Positions 41,201 through 49,940 are shown, numbered from the stretch's first letter. The stretch is DNA of 64,000 nt from a virus (IMGVR_UViG_3300045738_002037:64001-128000), one strand, 5' to 3'. The notes: generated by a model not told the origin, from the letters alone. Numbers and translations: made by a program.

Positions 41201-44200
41201 GACCATCAATATAGTCTTCTGAAATTCCCTGTATCCGTGAATGCCCATAATTATCAATAACACAGAAATCACTTGGCATCCATTTAATAGATTTAGGATC
41301 TAAATCATGGCCAGTCAGAAATCCATCTGAACCATCAACATCGTGCTGAAATGCAGCTTCAAGTGCTAAAAGCGGTTCATAATCAAACACTGTGCCGTCA
41401 ATGTCGCCGGAATACGCTCCCGGCGGAAGGTTATCTTCAAGAGATCTAACCAATAAACCTTTGGTGTTAGTGTTATCCTTGCCAGGTCCAGAGCCTTCTT
41501 CTATCTTTTTAACTGCTTTTTGCGGGCCAGCGCCATCATAAACAATAACCCCGCCCTCAGCAGTATCATCGGCAAGATAAGCTCGGAATTTTAAATCGTA
41601 TGGAAATATGCCGTCTTGCGTCGACGTTGATTCTTCTTTAAAGCTAATTTTTAATTCTGGGGACCATGGGCTATTTCCCATAGTGTTATAAACTATACTA
41701 GCTAAATCGCTAATATATTCATTGTCTGGATCATCAGCAAGATTAAACGGCGAAGTACCGTCAAAATGCTGATGTAACGACGGAGGCACGCCGTTAACGC
41801 TACCCCATTCCGTATCCGTCCGACTGGGTTGCCGTTTCCTTGCATCAGGGTTAGTATAATGGTCTTTGCCCCATCCCATACTATGGAACGATTTTGAATT
41901 ATAAAAACCTGGAGTAAGCAGAGCCTGGTTTCCTGCCGCTTGATCGATCCAAAATAAATTAAAATAATGTAAATTATTCGAATATTTTGATGCCAATTCT
42001 TTTATCAACGAAGTAACATTAACTTTCACACGTTTTAGGGCATACAGATGGCTCCCCTCGTATTCTTCTCCATCATAGCCATGATGATCTTCATCACTTT
42101 TTCCAATAACAAATTCAGTAGTACGTTCTCTTTTAGAAATTAATTTGCTGTCATCGCCGGGTTCAACTATAATTCTAAGCCTGGGCGCAAAATCTTCACC
42201 TTTAAGCGAGTGTCGAGAGCCTACAATTGTCCTAAACGCAGCATCTCCATTTAATGTTTCTTCATCTGGCACCCACATATATGACAGAATGGATTTGCCA
42301 TCGTCAAGTATTTCTTGAGTGACTTCAGTGACATCGCATTCAAAATTTCGAAATGCTCTTTCAGACCCTGTAAAATTAAAAGTCTTGTAAGCAGTTGTTC
42401 TATTTCTACTGAGAACCGAAACCTCATCGCTCAACGAAGATTCATAAGTGTCAACAAACGGATACGCTTTCACATTAGACCCACTACTCAATTCGCCATA
42501 TAATTTGCCATATACATTTTGGTCGCCGCCCTCTATGAATGTTTCATGGTCAGGATCGTAGTCATCTGCGCCATTTAATATTAAAACAGCACTTTTAATC
42601 TTTTTGCCGACCAAATCATCAGAGATTTCTGAACCATGAAACATAAAACCAACTGCTCGCGTTACTAACTGGCCAGAGAAAGCCGTTGGAATTGGGATCC
42701 CGGAAGCACTAGCGCCTCCATGGGAAGTTACATCAGGATATTTTCCAAATCGCAGTTGCCCATTATCGCCTGGAAAATCCCCAACTTCAATCAACCCATT
42801 GCCAACGCCGTCCATGCGCTGCTCGGCGTCCTGTTTACCAGTGGCTGACTGGTCCAATATTGGATCGACAAAACGAACTTTAAACTCATAGAGATAAGCG
42901 TTCTCTTCCGACCATTCATCAGGTTCATTTGAATCTTCTGCGTACCATTTGCCGTCAAAATCAACCTGCCCAGCATTATTAAGATGAGTATCAATTGAAC
43001 CTTGCGTACTATTTTCGGCCAATCGATCAGGCGGCATATACATTATTAATTCTGCAGATTCAATCTCCCTACCGCCGATATCAAATTCGCTATGGAATCT
43101 AAGACCGACATGTCTGTGTCCACCCATTACACGGGCAACTGAGCCTGATAGCTGTGGGTCCCTAGCCAAAGCATGTTCGTCGTAACCTTTATTGCCATGC
43201 CCAAATTCTATTGCATCGTTTCTTACAGTAACGATTCCTCGCTGCTGGAAGCCCATGGCAATGGGGATATCGTGCTCGTTCGCTTGCCAATAATTTTGTG
43301 TATAGTAAATAATTTCTTCGGCTGCGTCCTCGGCACGATTCACTTTACATCTAGAGATTGTGTTATTATAACCCTTGCCGGGCAGATGCTCAAAACCATG
43401 ATCGTCAAATGACGCATCTTTAGGAAGCAACACTTCAATATCAGCAACAATTTCTGCCGCGTTAGGATAATACGTATTAACTGTTCGCCAAATTCTATCG
43501 CCATGGTTTATGATCGCAGAATAACGACGGCCCGAAAGTATGTCGGTCGGATCATATTTGCCTAAAATTTCTGGCCATTCCGATGTACCATTGCCGACAT
43601 TTCCATATGGCGAATTAGCGGTGGCAATACAAAACGGCGATATGGTATTTGTTTGTTCCTGAGTGCGAGCAAGCAAAGAAGTTTTTAAGGTATTCGCGTC
43701 TGGAAATAAAAAATTTCTCGTCGAATGTAAAATAACTGAAACTGTTTGCCCCGCAGCAACAGGAACACCCTTGGGATATAAAGTATTGATTAGATCTAAT
43801 GAAACCCATTGGCCATCGCCGGTCACATTCACGTCGATATGGAAAGAAGCTAAACTCGCCCCAGCCGCAGATAGATCATCGCCGTCGATTATCTCCACAG
43901 ACATTGTGCCCGACAGCGATTGCTCGCACGTGGGATCCCATCCAGCGGACCTCGACGTCCCACGCTGCCATAACGAACCTACGTCGGACGCGTGATCAGT
44001 AGAAATACGTATTGCGTCTGCAAAAACCGGAACTCTCATCTCCGTTTCAGGAAAGACCACCAATCCTTCATGCTGGTACATTATTACTTCAATTGACTGA
44101 CCTTCTTCTACAGTAAGGATACCGTCCGGATTTGGGGTAGAAGCTAAAATTTCCCATGTAGCACTTGTTATCAAAACAAGACCAGGTGGTGGCACACTCC

Positions 44201-47200
44201 ACGGATTGGCGGTTTCATTTAGAGCGGGGTCGTACTCGGATACGGTCTTACCAGATGGCGCTCGAGCTTTAAATGAATTGGGACTGACACTTTGATCGAC
44301 GTATGCATCATAACGACTGCCCACCGGAACATCGTCAGCACTTAGCAATTGATAAGTGAATTTCACGTTGTCATGGCCAGGGACGCTGCCAAGCTGGTTT
44401 CCGTAGCCGCTGCCGCCTCCAGGCATCACAATCGACGGCCATGTGGCAGATATTTGATAATCACCAGCTGGCAGATCACGAAATTTCCAAGTCGCTGTTA
44501 ATAGGTCTGGCCCATGTATCGATGGCATATCCTCTGAAGAAAAAGCAATCTCATAGGACCCACCCCAGACTGAGTTTGGATTGCCGCCTTTTCTCCAATC
44601 GACGTCGTCATGCATAATATAGCTCTGATAGCCCCCGCCGTGGGGCATCCTGAGAAATTCTGTCTTCTTTCCTGCGATCCGGGAAGTATAATTCTCGTCG
44701 TAATTGTCAATTATATATGTGTTAACTGTAGGAAGGCGACGCGGGTCAGGGCTTTTTCCATACAAATAAACTTCAAACTTTGAAAAATATCCACTATTGT
44801 CAAATCTTATTGTCTGACCTATTCTATCCGCGAACCGGCCCGGTAGTGTCGGTTGTGCTACGGAGCTAAAAATAGGAGAATCATTTTGAAGATATGGAGG
44901 ATATATTGTCGCTAATGTAGTGTCAGTGTTAAGTTCACTATTCCAAATAATTTGCGGGCTGGACATAGCCCCATAAGGATGCGTTTGTTCCTCAATAAGC
45001 TGCTTTTGATCTATCACAGAAGTTGAAATATTATCTAATAAGGTTAATTCAAGCGGTATGTGCTCACATAATAACAATGTGCCGTTCGAATTAAATGAAC
45101 TATAAACCGACGTCTTGTGGGTATTATATTGTTTAAACGCTAATTTAGCTTTTGGTATATCGTTATCATCATGAACTCTTACTCCAGTCCCAGAATTCTT
45201 GCTGATTCTTTTAACTGGAACTTTAGTAACAGGGTCTAAACCGGATTCTAAAAAATCACCTGAATATTTGACATCCGGCAGATCCATACTAGGAATCGTA
45301 CCAACATAGTCATATACTGCGCTTTTTAATTGTTTTGGAACAGTCCACTTAGAAGCAGGGCCACCACTAGGAGGGTCATCTGAATCTCCAGACAACTGAC
45401 CGATAAATAGATCACCGCTTGGCCCAAGTGGAATTGGCAACAATGTTTCAGAATCATACGTTCTTGACGTTCCACTATATGACGGATAAGTCACAAGCAC
45501 GTCAGACGTCGCTGACAAAGTTTGACCATTTTGATCACGTCTATATCCAACTTCAAATCGTTTTACATATCCTGTTCCATTTACTATATCATTTTTAATG
45601 CGGTCATCATCCGTATCGCCACTAGAATAAGTTTTAGACGATGTATTAAACGACGATCTGGACGAATTCATTCCGACATTATCTAAAATGGTTCTATAAT
45701 CATTAGACTTCATCGCCGTAGAACTGATTAAATCTAAATCACTTTTAACAACCCAATTTGCCGCATCATCATAAGATGTTACAAACGATGCGCCAGTTAT
45801 ATTAAATGGTCCAGACCCATTGCCGTCATCCCAAATATGAGCATCAAAACTTACATCTGCGTCATATCCGCCACTAGAATCCGGTACAGGAGAACCGGGG
45901 CGCGGAACAAGATAATCATTTGAAATTAATTCATTGTCTTCTAAATAAACCGCCACTCCATCTTTAGCGCCAGCCCCATCTTTCTTATACACAAAAAATA
46001 GCCCAGTAAAATTCGTGTATGGCGGTTGTCCTTGTGTGGAACCAGTAAGAGCAGTCGGCGGTTCATTTTTAGCCCATGGTCTGGTGTTTCGACCAGGGAC
46101 AACAATATTGCCTAACACAGAAACCTTGGGGCCTTCCGTGCCAGCGCCAATCACTTGGAATACTTGTTGCTGAGGATTATAAATGATGGAATTAGTACAT
46201 ATAGCACTATTTTCTTTACCAACATAACCATTGGCAATATTAAAAGGATCTCTTTTATTAAAATGGGCAAATACACATTTTTTAATTTGAACTTTGTTTA
46301 CACCAGAACCCATCGATAAACCAGCAGATTGACCTTGCGCGCCCTCTAAACCTTCCGCAATTATAGAATTTTGAATTGTTACATAGCTAACTTGCCCTTC
46401 TATATTGGCACTATAGTCCTTTGGTTCTATATCAACTATTTCATCAACACCCCACGACAACGAACAATGATCAATCAAAATATTTTTAAGAACATTGCCC
46501 CAAGGCTTATTGTGCCTATACTTAATTTGCAAAGCATCAGAAGATTCACCATTGGTCTTAGTTGACCGATGCCAGCCGGATCTTATAGCAATATGTCTTA
46601 ATAAAACATGGGGCGCTTCAATTGCTATAGACGCGCCGATTACAGTTATTCCAGGTTCAGGTGCAGTCTCGCCAGCAACAACGCAATTTGGTTCCGTAAC
46701 GACCATGTTTAACATACGCTTATAAACGTTAGGCTGAGGATTAATCCTAGTGCTTTTTCTAAGATCAATAATACCGCCTACTTCAAACACAATAATTCTT
46801 TCACCAGGAGTCGATAAGGCATGGTGAAGAGTTATGTCGCCTTCTACATAATCCGGATCAGTATCATCTGCCGCTAGAGAATTAACTTTTATGACTTTAA
46901 CACTATCAGAATCTGAATTATCTGGCGAAAATTCACCGCTAATAACTAGTTCTGCGTCTGAAAAGCGGATTTCATTATCACTAATATTGCCGCCACTGTA
47001 TCCAAATAATAATATATGATGGTCTATTGTGTCCGGCGCACTACCGCTAAATATTACTTTCCCAGGAGCAATAGCAGTCATCAATACGTTAAAAAATTCA
47101 AATTCACTAGGCCCAACTGGCGATAAACCATCCACACCGCCAGCGTGCTCAATGCTTCCTTCTTTAAGATTGCCCGCTTGACCAAAGCCGTCATACGGAC

Positions 47201-48077
47201 TTACATGCCCAATGGTGCCTTTATCTTCTGTTAAATCCTTATTATAAGTGATATTTAAATAGGCAGCGAATATCCCAGATGAATAAGCAGGATTTTGGTC
47301 TTCTCGTAAATCTTGAACAAACGCGCGAATATAATATTCTTCGCCCACGTTTATATTAGATATAGGATTACCACTTGCGTCAGTAGCGGCAATCCTAATC
47401 TGCACTAATTCATGGCCAGACAACGGCGACACCACATTGCCAACAATAGGTACAATGTCTGGCATTGACATTGAAGACGGCACTTCAGGAACAGCGACTG
47501 CTTCAACAACACCAGGGACCAATGGCTGATCCTCTGGAACAAGCTGCACCAACCTCTTTACATTATTATAATATTCTGTGCCAATAATAGAAACTAAATT
47601 GCCGGATAACACAGTCCCAAATGTACCGCCACTACTGTGATCCCATGCAAACAATTCCCCGCCGGGAGTTATATAATAATATTGCCTACCTATATTTCGA
47701 CTATCATAGAACGGCGCTCCAGTAGAATTATATTCTACGAACCAATTGCCGGTTATCCATTTTTCATTTTCGCCACCAAAATTAAGATAATGATTAGCAC
47801 TACCACTTAAAGCAAATTCGAATACAGAAGCATCAAAATCACCCAACACTAATACAGAATTCGCTTGCTTTCCTTGCGGCGAATCAGCTGGAAAAGCTTC
47901 GATCTCTTTTTGCGTAACACTGATTAATTCGACAAACGTGGACTGGCCTATTTCATCATTAAAACCAACATTGTCCCACACAGAATTGTCGGAACTTGGT
48001 TGCGCATTATTGCCGCTCTGACCAACGGCTTTCCGCACTGCATCAAATCCATCAGACATAAATATACCGTCTTTCAA
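32202..48077 (-). CDS. Giant (5,291 aa) mosaic adhesin/polysaccharide depolymerase; probable ATG at 48059
   Basis: Two pectate-lyase-like beta-helices (RIIVFEVGG, VAGETAP, IDHCSLSWG), cohesin-like VQDLR..GIFAAYL, golvesin-like ATWKF..YQISATWP..ADAIRI, YWTD-type repeats, poly-Thr linkers. Confidence 0.85.
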   Translation of the reverse strand: MKDGIFMSDGFDAVRKAVGQSGNNAQPSSDNSVWDNVGFNDEIGQSTFVELISVTQKEIEAFPADSPQGKQANSVLVLGDFDASVFEFALSGSANHYLNFGGENEKWITGNWFVEYNSTGAPFYDSRNIGRQYYYITPGGELFAWDHSSGGTFGTVLSGNLVSIIGTEYYNNVKRLVQLVPEDQPLVPGVVEAVAVPEVPSSMSMPDIVPIVGNVVSPLSGHELVQIRIAATDASGNPISNINVGEEYYIRAFVQDLREDQNPAYSSGIFAAYLNITYNKDLTEDKGTIGHVSPYDGFGQAGNLKEGSIEHAGGVDGLSPVGPSEFEFFNVLMTAIAPGKVIFSGSAPDTIDHHILLFGYSGGNISDNEIRFSDAELVISGEFSPDNSDSDSVKVIKVNSLAADDTDPDYVEGDITLHHALSTPGERIIVFEVGGIIDLRKSTRINPQPNVYKRMLNMVVTEPNCVVAGETAPEPGITVIGASIAIEAPHVLLRHIAIRSGWHRSTKTNGESSDALQIKYRHNKPWGNVLKNILIDHCSLSWGVDEIVDIEPKDYSANIEGQVSYVTIQNSIIAEGLEGAQGQSAGLSMGSGVNKVQIKKCVFAHFNKRDPFNIANGYVGKENSAICTNSIIYNPQQQVFQVIGAGTEGPKVSVLGNIVVPGRNTRPWAKNEPPTALTGSTQGQPPYTNFTGLFFVYKKDGAGAKDGVAVYLEDNELISNDYLVPRPGSPVPDSSGGYDADVSFDAHIWDDGNGSGPFNITGASFVTSYDDAANWVVKSDLDLISSTAMKSNDYRTILDNVGMNSSRSSFNTSSKTYSSGDTDDDRIKNDIVNGTGYVKRFEVGYRRDQNGQTLSATSDVLVTYPSYSGTSRTYDSETLLPIPLGPSGDLFIGQLSGDSDDPPSGGPASKWTVPKQLKSAVYDYVGTIPSMDLPDVKYSGDFLESGLDPVTKVPVKRISKNSGTGVRVHDDNDIPKAKLAFKQYNTHKTSVYSSFNSNGTLLLCEHIPLELTLLDNISTSVIDQKQLIEEQTHPYGAMSSPQIIWNSELNTDTTLATIYPPYLQNDSPIFSSVAQPTLPGRFADRIGQTIRFDNSGYFSKFEVYLYGKSPDPRRLPTVNTYIIDNYDENYTSRIAGKKTEFLRMPHGGGYQSYIMHDDVDWRKGGNPNSVWGGSYEIAFSSEDMPSIHGPDLLTATWKFRDLPAGDYQISATWPSIVMPGGGSGYGNQLGSVPGHDNVKFTYQLLSADDVPVGSRYDAYVDQSVSPNSFKARAPSGKTVSEYDPALNETANPWSVPPPGLVLITSATWEILASTPNPDGILTVEEGQSIEVIMYQHEGLVVFPETEMRVPVFADAIRISTDHASDVGSLWQRGTSRSAGWDPTCEQSLSGTMSVEIIDGDDLSAAGASLASFHIDVNVTGDGQWVSLDLINTLYPKGVPVAAGQTVSVILHSTRNFLFPDANTLKTSLLARTQEQTNTISPFCIATANSPYGNVGNGTSEWPEILGKYDPTDILSGRRYSAIINHGDRIWRTVNTYYPNAAEIVADIEVLLPKDASFDDHGFEHLPGKGYNNTISRCKVNRAEDAAEEIIYYTQNYWQANEHDIPIAMGFQQRGIVTVRNDAIEFGHGNKGYDEHALARDPQLSGSVARVMGGHRHVGLRFHSEFDIGGREIESAELIMYMPPDRLAENSTQGSIDTHLNNAGQVDFDGKWYAEDSNEPDEWSEENAYLYEFKVRFVDPILDQSATGKQDAEQRMDGVGNGLIEVGDFPGDNGQLRFGKYPDVTSHGGASASGIPIPTAFSGQLVTRAVGFMFHGSEISDDLVGKKIKSAVLILNGADDYDPDHETFIEGGDQNVYGKLYGELSSGSNVKAYPFVDTYESSLSDEVSVLSRNRTTAYKTFNFTGSERAFRNFECDVTEVTQEILDDGKSILSYMWVPDEETLNGDAAFRTIVGSRHSLKGEDFAPRLRIIVEPGDDSKLISKRERTTEFVIGKSDEDHHGYDGEEYEGSHLYALKRVKVNVTSLIKELASKYSNNLHYFNLFWIDQAAGNQALLTPGFYNSKSFHSMGWGKDHYTNPDARKRQPSRTDTEWGSVNGVPPSLHQHFDGTSPFNLADDPDNEYISDLASIVYNTMGNSPWSPELKISFKEESTSTQDGIFPYDLKFRAYLADDTAEGGVIVYDGAGPQKAVKKIEEGSGPGKDNTNTKGLLVRSLEDNLPPGAYSGDIDGTVFDYEPLLALEAAFQHDVDGSDGFLTGHDLDPKSIKWMPSDFCVIDNYGHSRIQGISEDYIDGQNLTVGIDANDRRILKVIKLDTDGETPVKKRKRFPFYILNCASSVPVHKTVVLDNGESVERSYMAVIGTPYGSCDTVGGLRCDAAGGSTGSNDTWTDNVTNRPVTAHGAYNGDLWLYIINLNSILESTTSDYGEEVIAAFNLSGVNEREIYESYYNHPAFATSFITGIGGQDTGLWPTELFASVSDPGTIHVRQDIVTVDGTNYFVGPDEESLQFSQDGRHVLVKYAGVDVQGKSRDIWRMFDVGDFAYKATNPSWSRPFADDSRKPSVDRKPNVLVGQNEIQRFTVSWSNTSNASFRIFKRYKNHPDRTAIIPASVFRSAGGLTGNDRQNNYSSSKFEKYMERQFNNYSPAGLNYHRSTTDGNRVWAENPDACVVRFVSNVKARGKPETYRRSVGSKIVERGWPGRPDVYTVVFDVEWSGTKGNTPPAGTNQIIHYLAAYDRLRTVFGSRPARYMEPTGRVEIIQEGTYCNPHIWLNRAESKAFGYNCEPGQPRRTLIPLVAAVVAGVTVVDNLVGPIYRPGTSGNAVADYKDYGIRPHNFSYLDTGLLDGRGTDQGGHLLTDRGATRGVIPLNQISALSFAYGQKFLDITTAAPDQFLAIASDSWADVTIADSYDCTGLVRTTTTTTTTAVPDITVQKLYYVSNSDNNGLPNTIRRWPPERLELGKNKWLDAPNDEILVSDQDGATDIAIDNINQKMYWTIATSVQNSSIPNPAGAVPSVGKIMRADLDGTNVEDITPPGGRSINPHGIALDVVRGKMYWLEDHVDDSAARGEVRRANLDGSGEQLLTTTDPPLQSSKSLTLEEVPNYFTSKSAPTDNIISDIKTYNLGSSIESIVYSGALRLITGSRGSAKLTFPASVDLTNILVENVQSGPKALFSTGTQLSPLGYTYTATKTTFFPFKPEPNYHFAAVESLFYGIQDSTGSQLVGKQSWMPVNKVSEVVVMLDRQWLVQDIYRPPRSPVIGQYNTRLRYHIYKGYCSDAALAIAKRQMTAAAFRTYKRDCQNRCIRNGQYYYPSQSPCSFNNNHALDKYIADSGYFGFDIDNQKFLRNLHPVCERRPHDAPAYDSIGVVDRVPYPPYTSADTASGETRKHDVYEGTILRYFGAPVARDPVKDGPGVFDYSYGDPGYEAYRKSHSFAPNMTGSQTKVFSWPIPASIDLLFIDPWGNTPLSSDHISGLKDWLALGHKRLVILGGHHSDFANHKTGSAYHDLVQQLDVGITVKNVHVGASSNWRAKRSSGHPLVDGGASRLEHLGLYRPSRLALDLENGHMYWTEYATADADGPYPGRLRRANLSGSSKVILRDGLTGIDNVRGIDLDVKNQHIYLSTVETIPPRTNDNRYPEHGTAKILKLDFDGSDVSTVGSRLPRGVLFNYHYSLGPQSPNDIILDLDNQYVYVANHMAYERTADIAKGDHIQRFGFGGDGSVILSLQVCPPATATGVALAKVVMPAFDVQLQDADLLRHIAGGVIPLYDSKDDIYPNGRIGRIVVLNCTKSSEFEDRVSYEINPRKGFWSCPDNWAALSNPTSVKFESQQYEAKIYDITGLQNPIRLRSGGRRDFSTLHAAYAFVAYGPDREYNADNTINITGGLYRDEIVAYNVEDPNVGMVRLTHTRTNAWTKGVPGSGGKPAVVLPEPEGNISTEFSDVSDVNVLKVTTLSPTGPGSLYEALTTQGPRIIVFEVGGVIDFRNADELQGESAGRDVILPINIDIPNCVVAGETAPDPGITIIGTALLVRASNVLIRNIYIRHGDHDKASTGIEATGQGVALGVIAHGPDPTIENILIDHCSLSWGLQACAKIQPSTVAGSTCRYITFQNCIISEGLSSPTGAPGLLMSAADAETGSNHILVKRCLYAHIGVAGPFDNTSARAQGQMANSAICVNSIIYNPQFHAASVSGAGLSGPQLAMLGNIVVPGLFTKAYRKNRLSNLEGGNEYSHDGTDFTGLLYVRSQSAETIAIYLNDNELIKNAHLTGDGGFDYDVSIDARRSDPPWNGISGTPVTSFVNSYAATGLNDWLNKDTDLDLITSAVLKVDNYSILLNDVGANTSRSSFNGVAYSGGDSIDDRIKNELLNLTGGILLGLEQGSETKAGWEDAVGGYPTYDLVSRIYDPSTLDPVPIGPNGNHIVGKDGYDPSTDSFADPFYAKPNLIVSSDGTKLVYNSTWTGEGGTHVNAPYGPYVPGYHLLIDLVEAQLVGPVDGTTTTTTTMPPDSNSRNGIGVLETPVAEFSGQGDYLPFVCEVVNVILKPHADFFRDSPTETCSPAGSCLINPIVTTGSAADHNNDERMTVPGLVWSGLSGYNTLSNGTVVNNGIGPFYPNIIDPDDGKFVQSWGQIFAERELIIGFNGVDMNPGDNSGPHVDVNWNEVIAINKATLTLKFDNIQQQQFDLLPSDGIGTEITLYKDIHNYSPYGEPCAIDQFEISKVYPSPCRNPNHSFFAAEHFRRTISRSSDINPRQLPSTWAEDRDVRVTHDNKIDVCPEVFDGSCDRLNGLFVGIRRLSWSRASVGGANNIIAAVETIPLSDGGDILGEVVLIADTTFLMYESFSRGGQTGLSGLANNRENQQFMVNLYPECNPTVGASASVVNVVGYKSFAENDRNYPINMLRVFGSRNLFPAAQGLYVKGGHVGPISGTDSNGRDLAFAKLVMIDPLTVLSPDDVQNIKNWMLLGEGRRVVVVYEYEVADTSRARAILEALGTKMRPDPQDRVTNAGTWQARPISGHPIIDGIDPYDANDLAGRSIRLCDKISTVFYGGIVPIDFNNGNARPLLLGGIVCPNYPDCEDNPEAQDSAPRYNGTKLLSMSLELELEICDEIVPHTTTTSSTTTEEPDISTNASDGGVILGNISGSGFGSSCLPEALQTEICLDFVPPPPYDYPEKYVPDPKDFEEVIVEPCALVLTANKSVRLELERDLFDPNRTYEGSLATVKLLTRAKGYDVNKYAPYLRVGNRLRATSYDTVVATGMSIILVDKSMDVSRREGLILDRITSREILPDRMRWPDQT

Positions 48078-48112
48078 TAGTTTAAAATATAATGCTACTA
48101 ATAGATTTGAAT

Positions 48113-48517
48113 TTAGAGATCAGACACTTCTGATCTCTTGGAATTTTTAAGGTCCTTGATAACATTCTTAACAAGTTCATTCATACTGTCAGCGCCATCT
48201 TTCATTTTAACCGTGTAAATCTTTTTAAGTTTTTTTTCATTGACACTACTGGCCAATATTGGATCTAATTTCTTCATTGCTGACACTGATTCGGCCAGCC
48301 CAACAATAAATTGGTCGTCATCGTCATCCCATTTTTCACCCAGAAGCGGCATCCCAGTCCTTTTCAAACATTTAAGAAACACTTTATAGGAAATTGTTTC
48401 ATTTATAATTTGTTCCCATTCATTGTCAGACAGTTGACATTGTAGTCCCATAATACTACCTTCAAATTCTCTAATACTGCCTTCAAACACAAAATAAACA
48501 GTGTCAGTGCCTTCCAT
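48113..48517 (-). CDS. Hypothetical protein (possible head-associated)
   Basis: GGAGG RBS; TATAAATA about 33 nt upstream; several I/L/V-x-E motifs. Confidence 0.6.
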   Translation of the reverse strand: MEGTDTVYFVFEGSIREFEGSIMGLQCQLSDNEWEQIINETISYKVFLKCLKRTGMPLLGEKWDDDDDQFIVGLAESVSAMKKLDPILASSVNEKKLKKIYTVKMKDGADSMNELVKNVIKDLKNSKRSEVSDL

Positions 48518-48572
48518 ACTTAACCCTCCAAATTGGTAAGTAATTTAAACTATTTATAGTTAGGAAACCATC

Positions 48573-49403
48573 ATGCTTACATTAAAAATTTCCGACTCAA
48601 TAACTATCGGCAATAATGAATTAGCAATAATAACCGGGCCGTGTGTCATCGAATCTAGAGACATGGTGCTGACAATAGCTGAAAAAATAAAAGAAATCAG
48701 CGAAGAATTGTCTATTCCAATAATATTTAAAGCATCATTTGACAAGGCCAATAGAAGCTCTATAAAATCCTATAGAGGGCCAGGAATAGATGATGGACTA
48801 AAAATATTAGACGAAGTTAAAAGCCAATTCGGTCTATCTGTAACAACTGATATCCACGAGCCATCGCAAGCTGCTAAAACAGCAGAAGTATGTGATATTT
48901 TACAAATACCAGCCTTTTTATGCAGACAAACAGACCTGTTAGCAGCTGCCGCTAGCACTGGCAAAACAATAAATGTTAAAAAAGGTCAATTTATGGCACC
49001 ATGGGATATGAGCAACGTTATTAACAAATTATTAGAATGTAACAATCCTAAAATTATGCTTACAGAAAGAGGCACGACATTCGGATACGGTAGACTAGTA
49101 AATGATATGCGGTCAATACCGTTAATGCGCAAATTTGGATACCCAGTAGTGTTTGACGCAACACATAGCGTACAGCTTCCAGGTACTGGCGGCGATAAAA
49201 CTGAAGGCGAAAGGCATATGGTTCCGACACTTGCTAAAGCAGCTATCGCATGTGGAATTGATGCTTTGTTTCTTGAAACCCACCCAGACCCAGATAATGC
49301 TAAAAGCGATGGACCAAACATGATCGAATTGCACAAACTACGCAATTTACTCACCGATTGCCTAAAAATACATAAAGTAATCAGGGAATGCCGCGAAAGA
49401 TAA
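48573..49403 (+). CDS. kdsA: 3-deoxy-D-manno-octulosonate 8-phosphate synthase
   Basis: GPCVIES, KASFDKANRSS, QIPAFLCRQTDL, KKGQF, ERG, DATHSVQ, SDGPN. Confidence 0.96.
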   Translation: MLTLKISDSITIGNNELAIITGPCVIESRDMVLTIAEKIKEISEELSIPIIFKASFDKANRSSIKSYRGPGIDDGLKILDEVKSQFGLSVTTDIHEPSQAAKTAEVCDILQIPAFLCRQTDLLAAAASTGKTINVKKGQFMAPWDMSNVINKLLECNNPKIMLTERGTTFGYGRLVNDMRSIPLMRKFGYPVVFDATHSVQLPGTGGDKTEGERHMVPTLAKAAIACGIDALFLETHPDPDNAKSDGPNMIELHKLRNLLTDCLKIHKVIRECRER

Positions 49404-49433
49404 ATTAGTGATGACAAATGCGAAGCCGAAATC

Positions 49434-49940
49434 TCAGAATAACAATTTCTTTATTTCCGCCATTCTACTATCCATCCACGCTAATGGATTAGAATATTTA
49501 ACTAGACCAACATTGCTAAGATCAGCAATGTTTATAGATTTAGACCAATCTTCATCATCCATCAACATTGATGCTTCATCACTTTTTATAGAATAATAAA
49601 CAACTCTTGAAATATGATTCGCAGCAATATTTAACATGCATGACGAGCATGGCCTACCAGTAACGTATATCGTGGACCTGCTCAGATCACCATAAGAATG
49701 CCTAATCGCATTGGCTTCGGCATGAACAATATATTTATATTTTGCGGGCCGCGACCAATCTATTTTATCATCTGGTATTTGTTCAGGCGGGCCATTATAA
49801 CCCCACCCTCTGGGCCTATTGTCTCTGTCTATTATAATAGAGCCACATTGTGTATGCGGGTCTTTGCTTTTAGATGCTACCCAAAAAGCAAGCCCCATAT
49901 AAAATGAATCCCTGTCGGGAACCAACCTAAATTCAACCAT
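49434..49940 (-). CDS. dCMP deaminase
   Basis: SKDP, GYNG, HAE, PCSSC. Confidence 0.93.
   Translation of the reverse strand: MVEFRLVPDRDSFYMGLAFWVASKSKDPHTQCGSIIIDRDNRPRGWGYNGPPEQIPDDKIDWSRPAKYKYIVHAEANAIRHSYGDLSRSTIYVTGRPCSSCMLNIAANHISRVVYYSIKSDEASMLMDDEDWSKSINIADLSNVGLVKYSNPLAWMDSRMAEIKKLLF

Noticed and set aside
33263-46725. Many short ORFs inside the giant gene
   Set aside because: Antisense or off-frame shadows with no recognisable motifs
48551-48558. T4 late promoter TATAAATA as the general late promoter
   Set aside because: Only one well-placed occurrence; others are intragenic, overlap a start codon or face the wrong way
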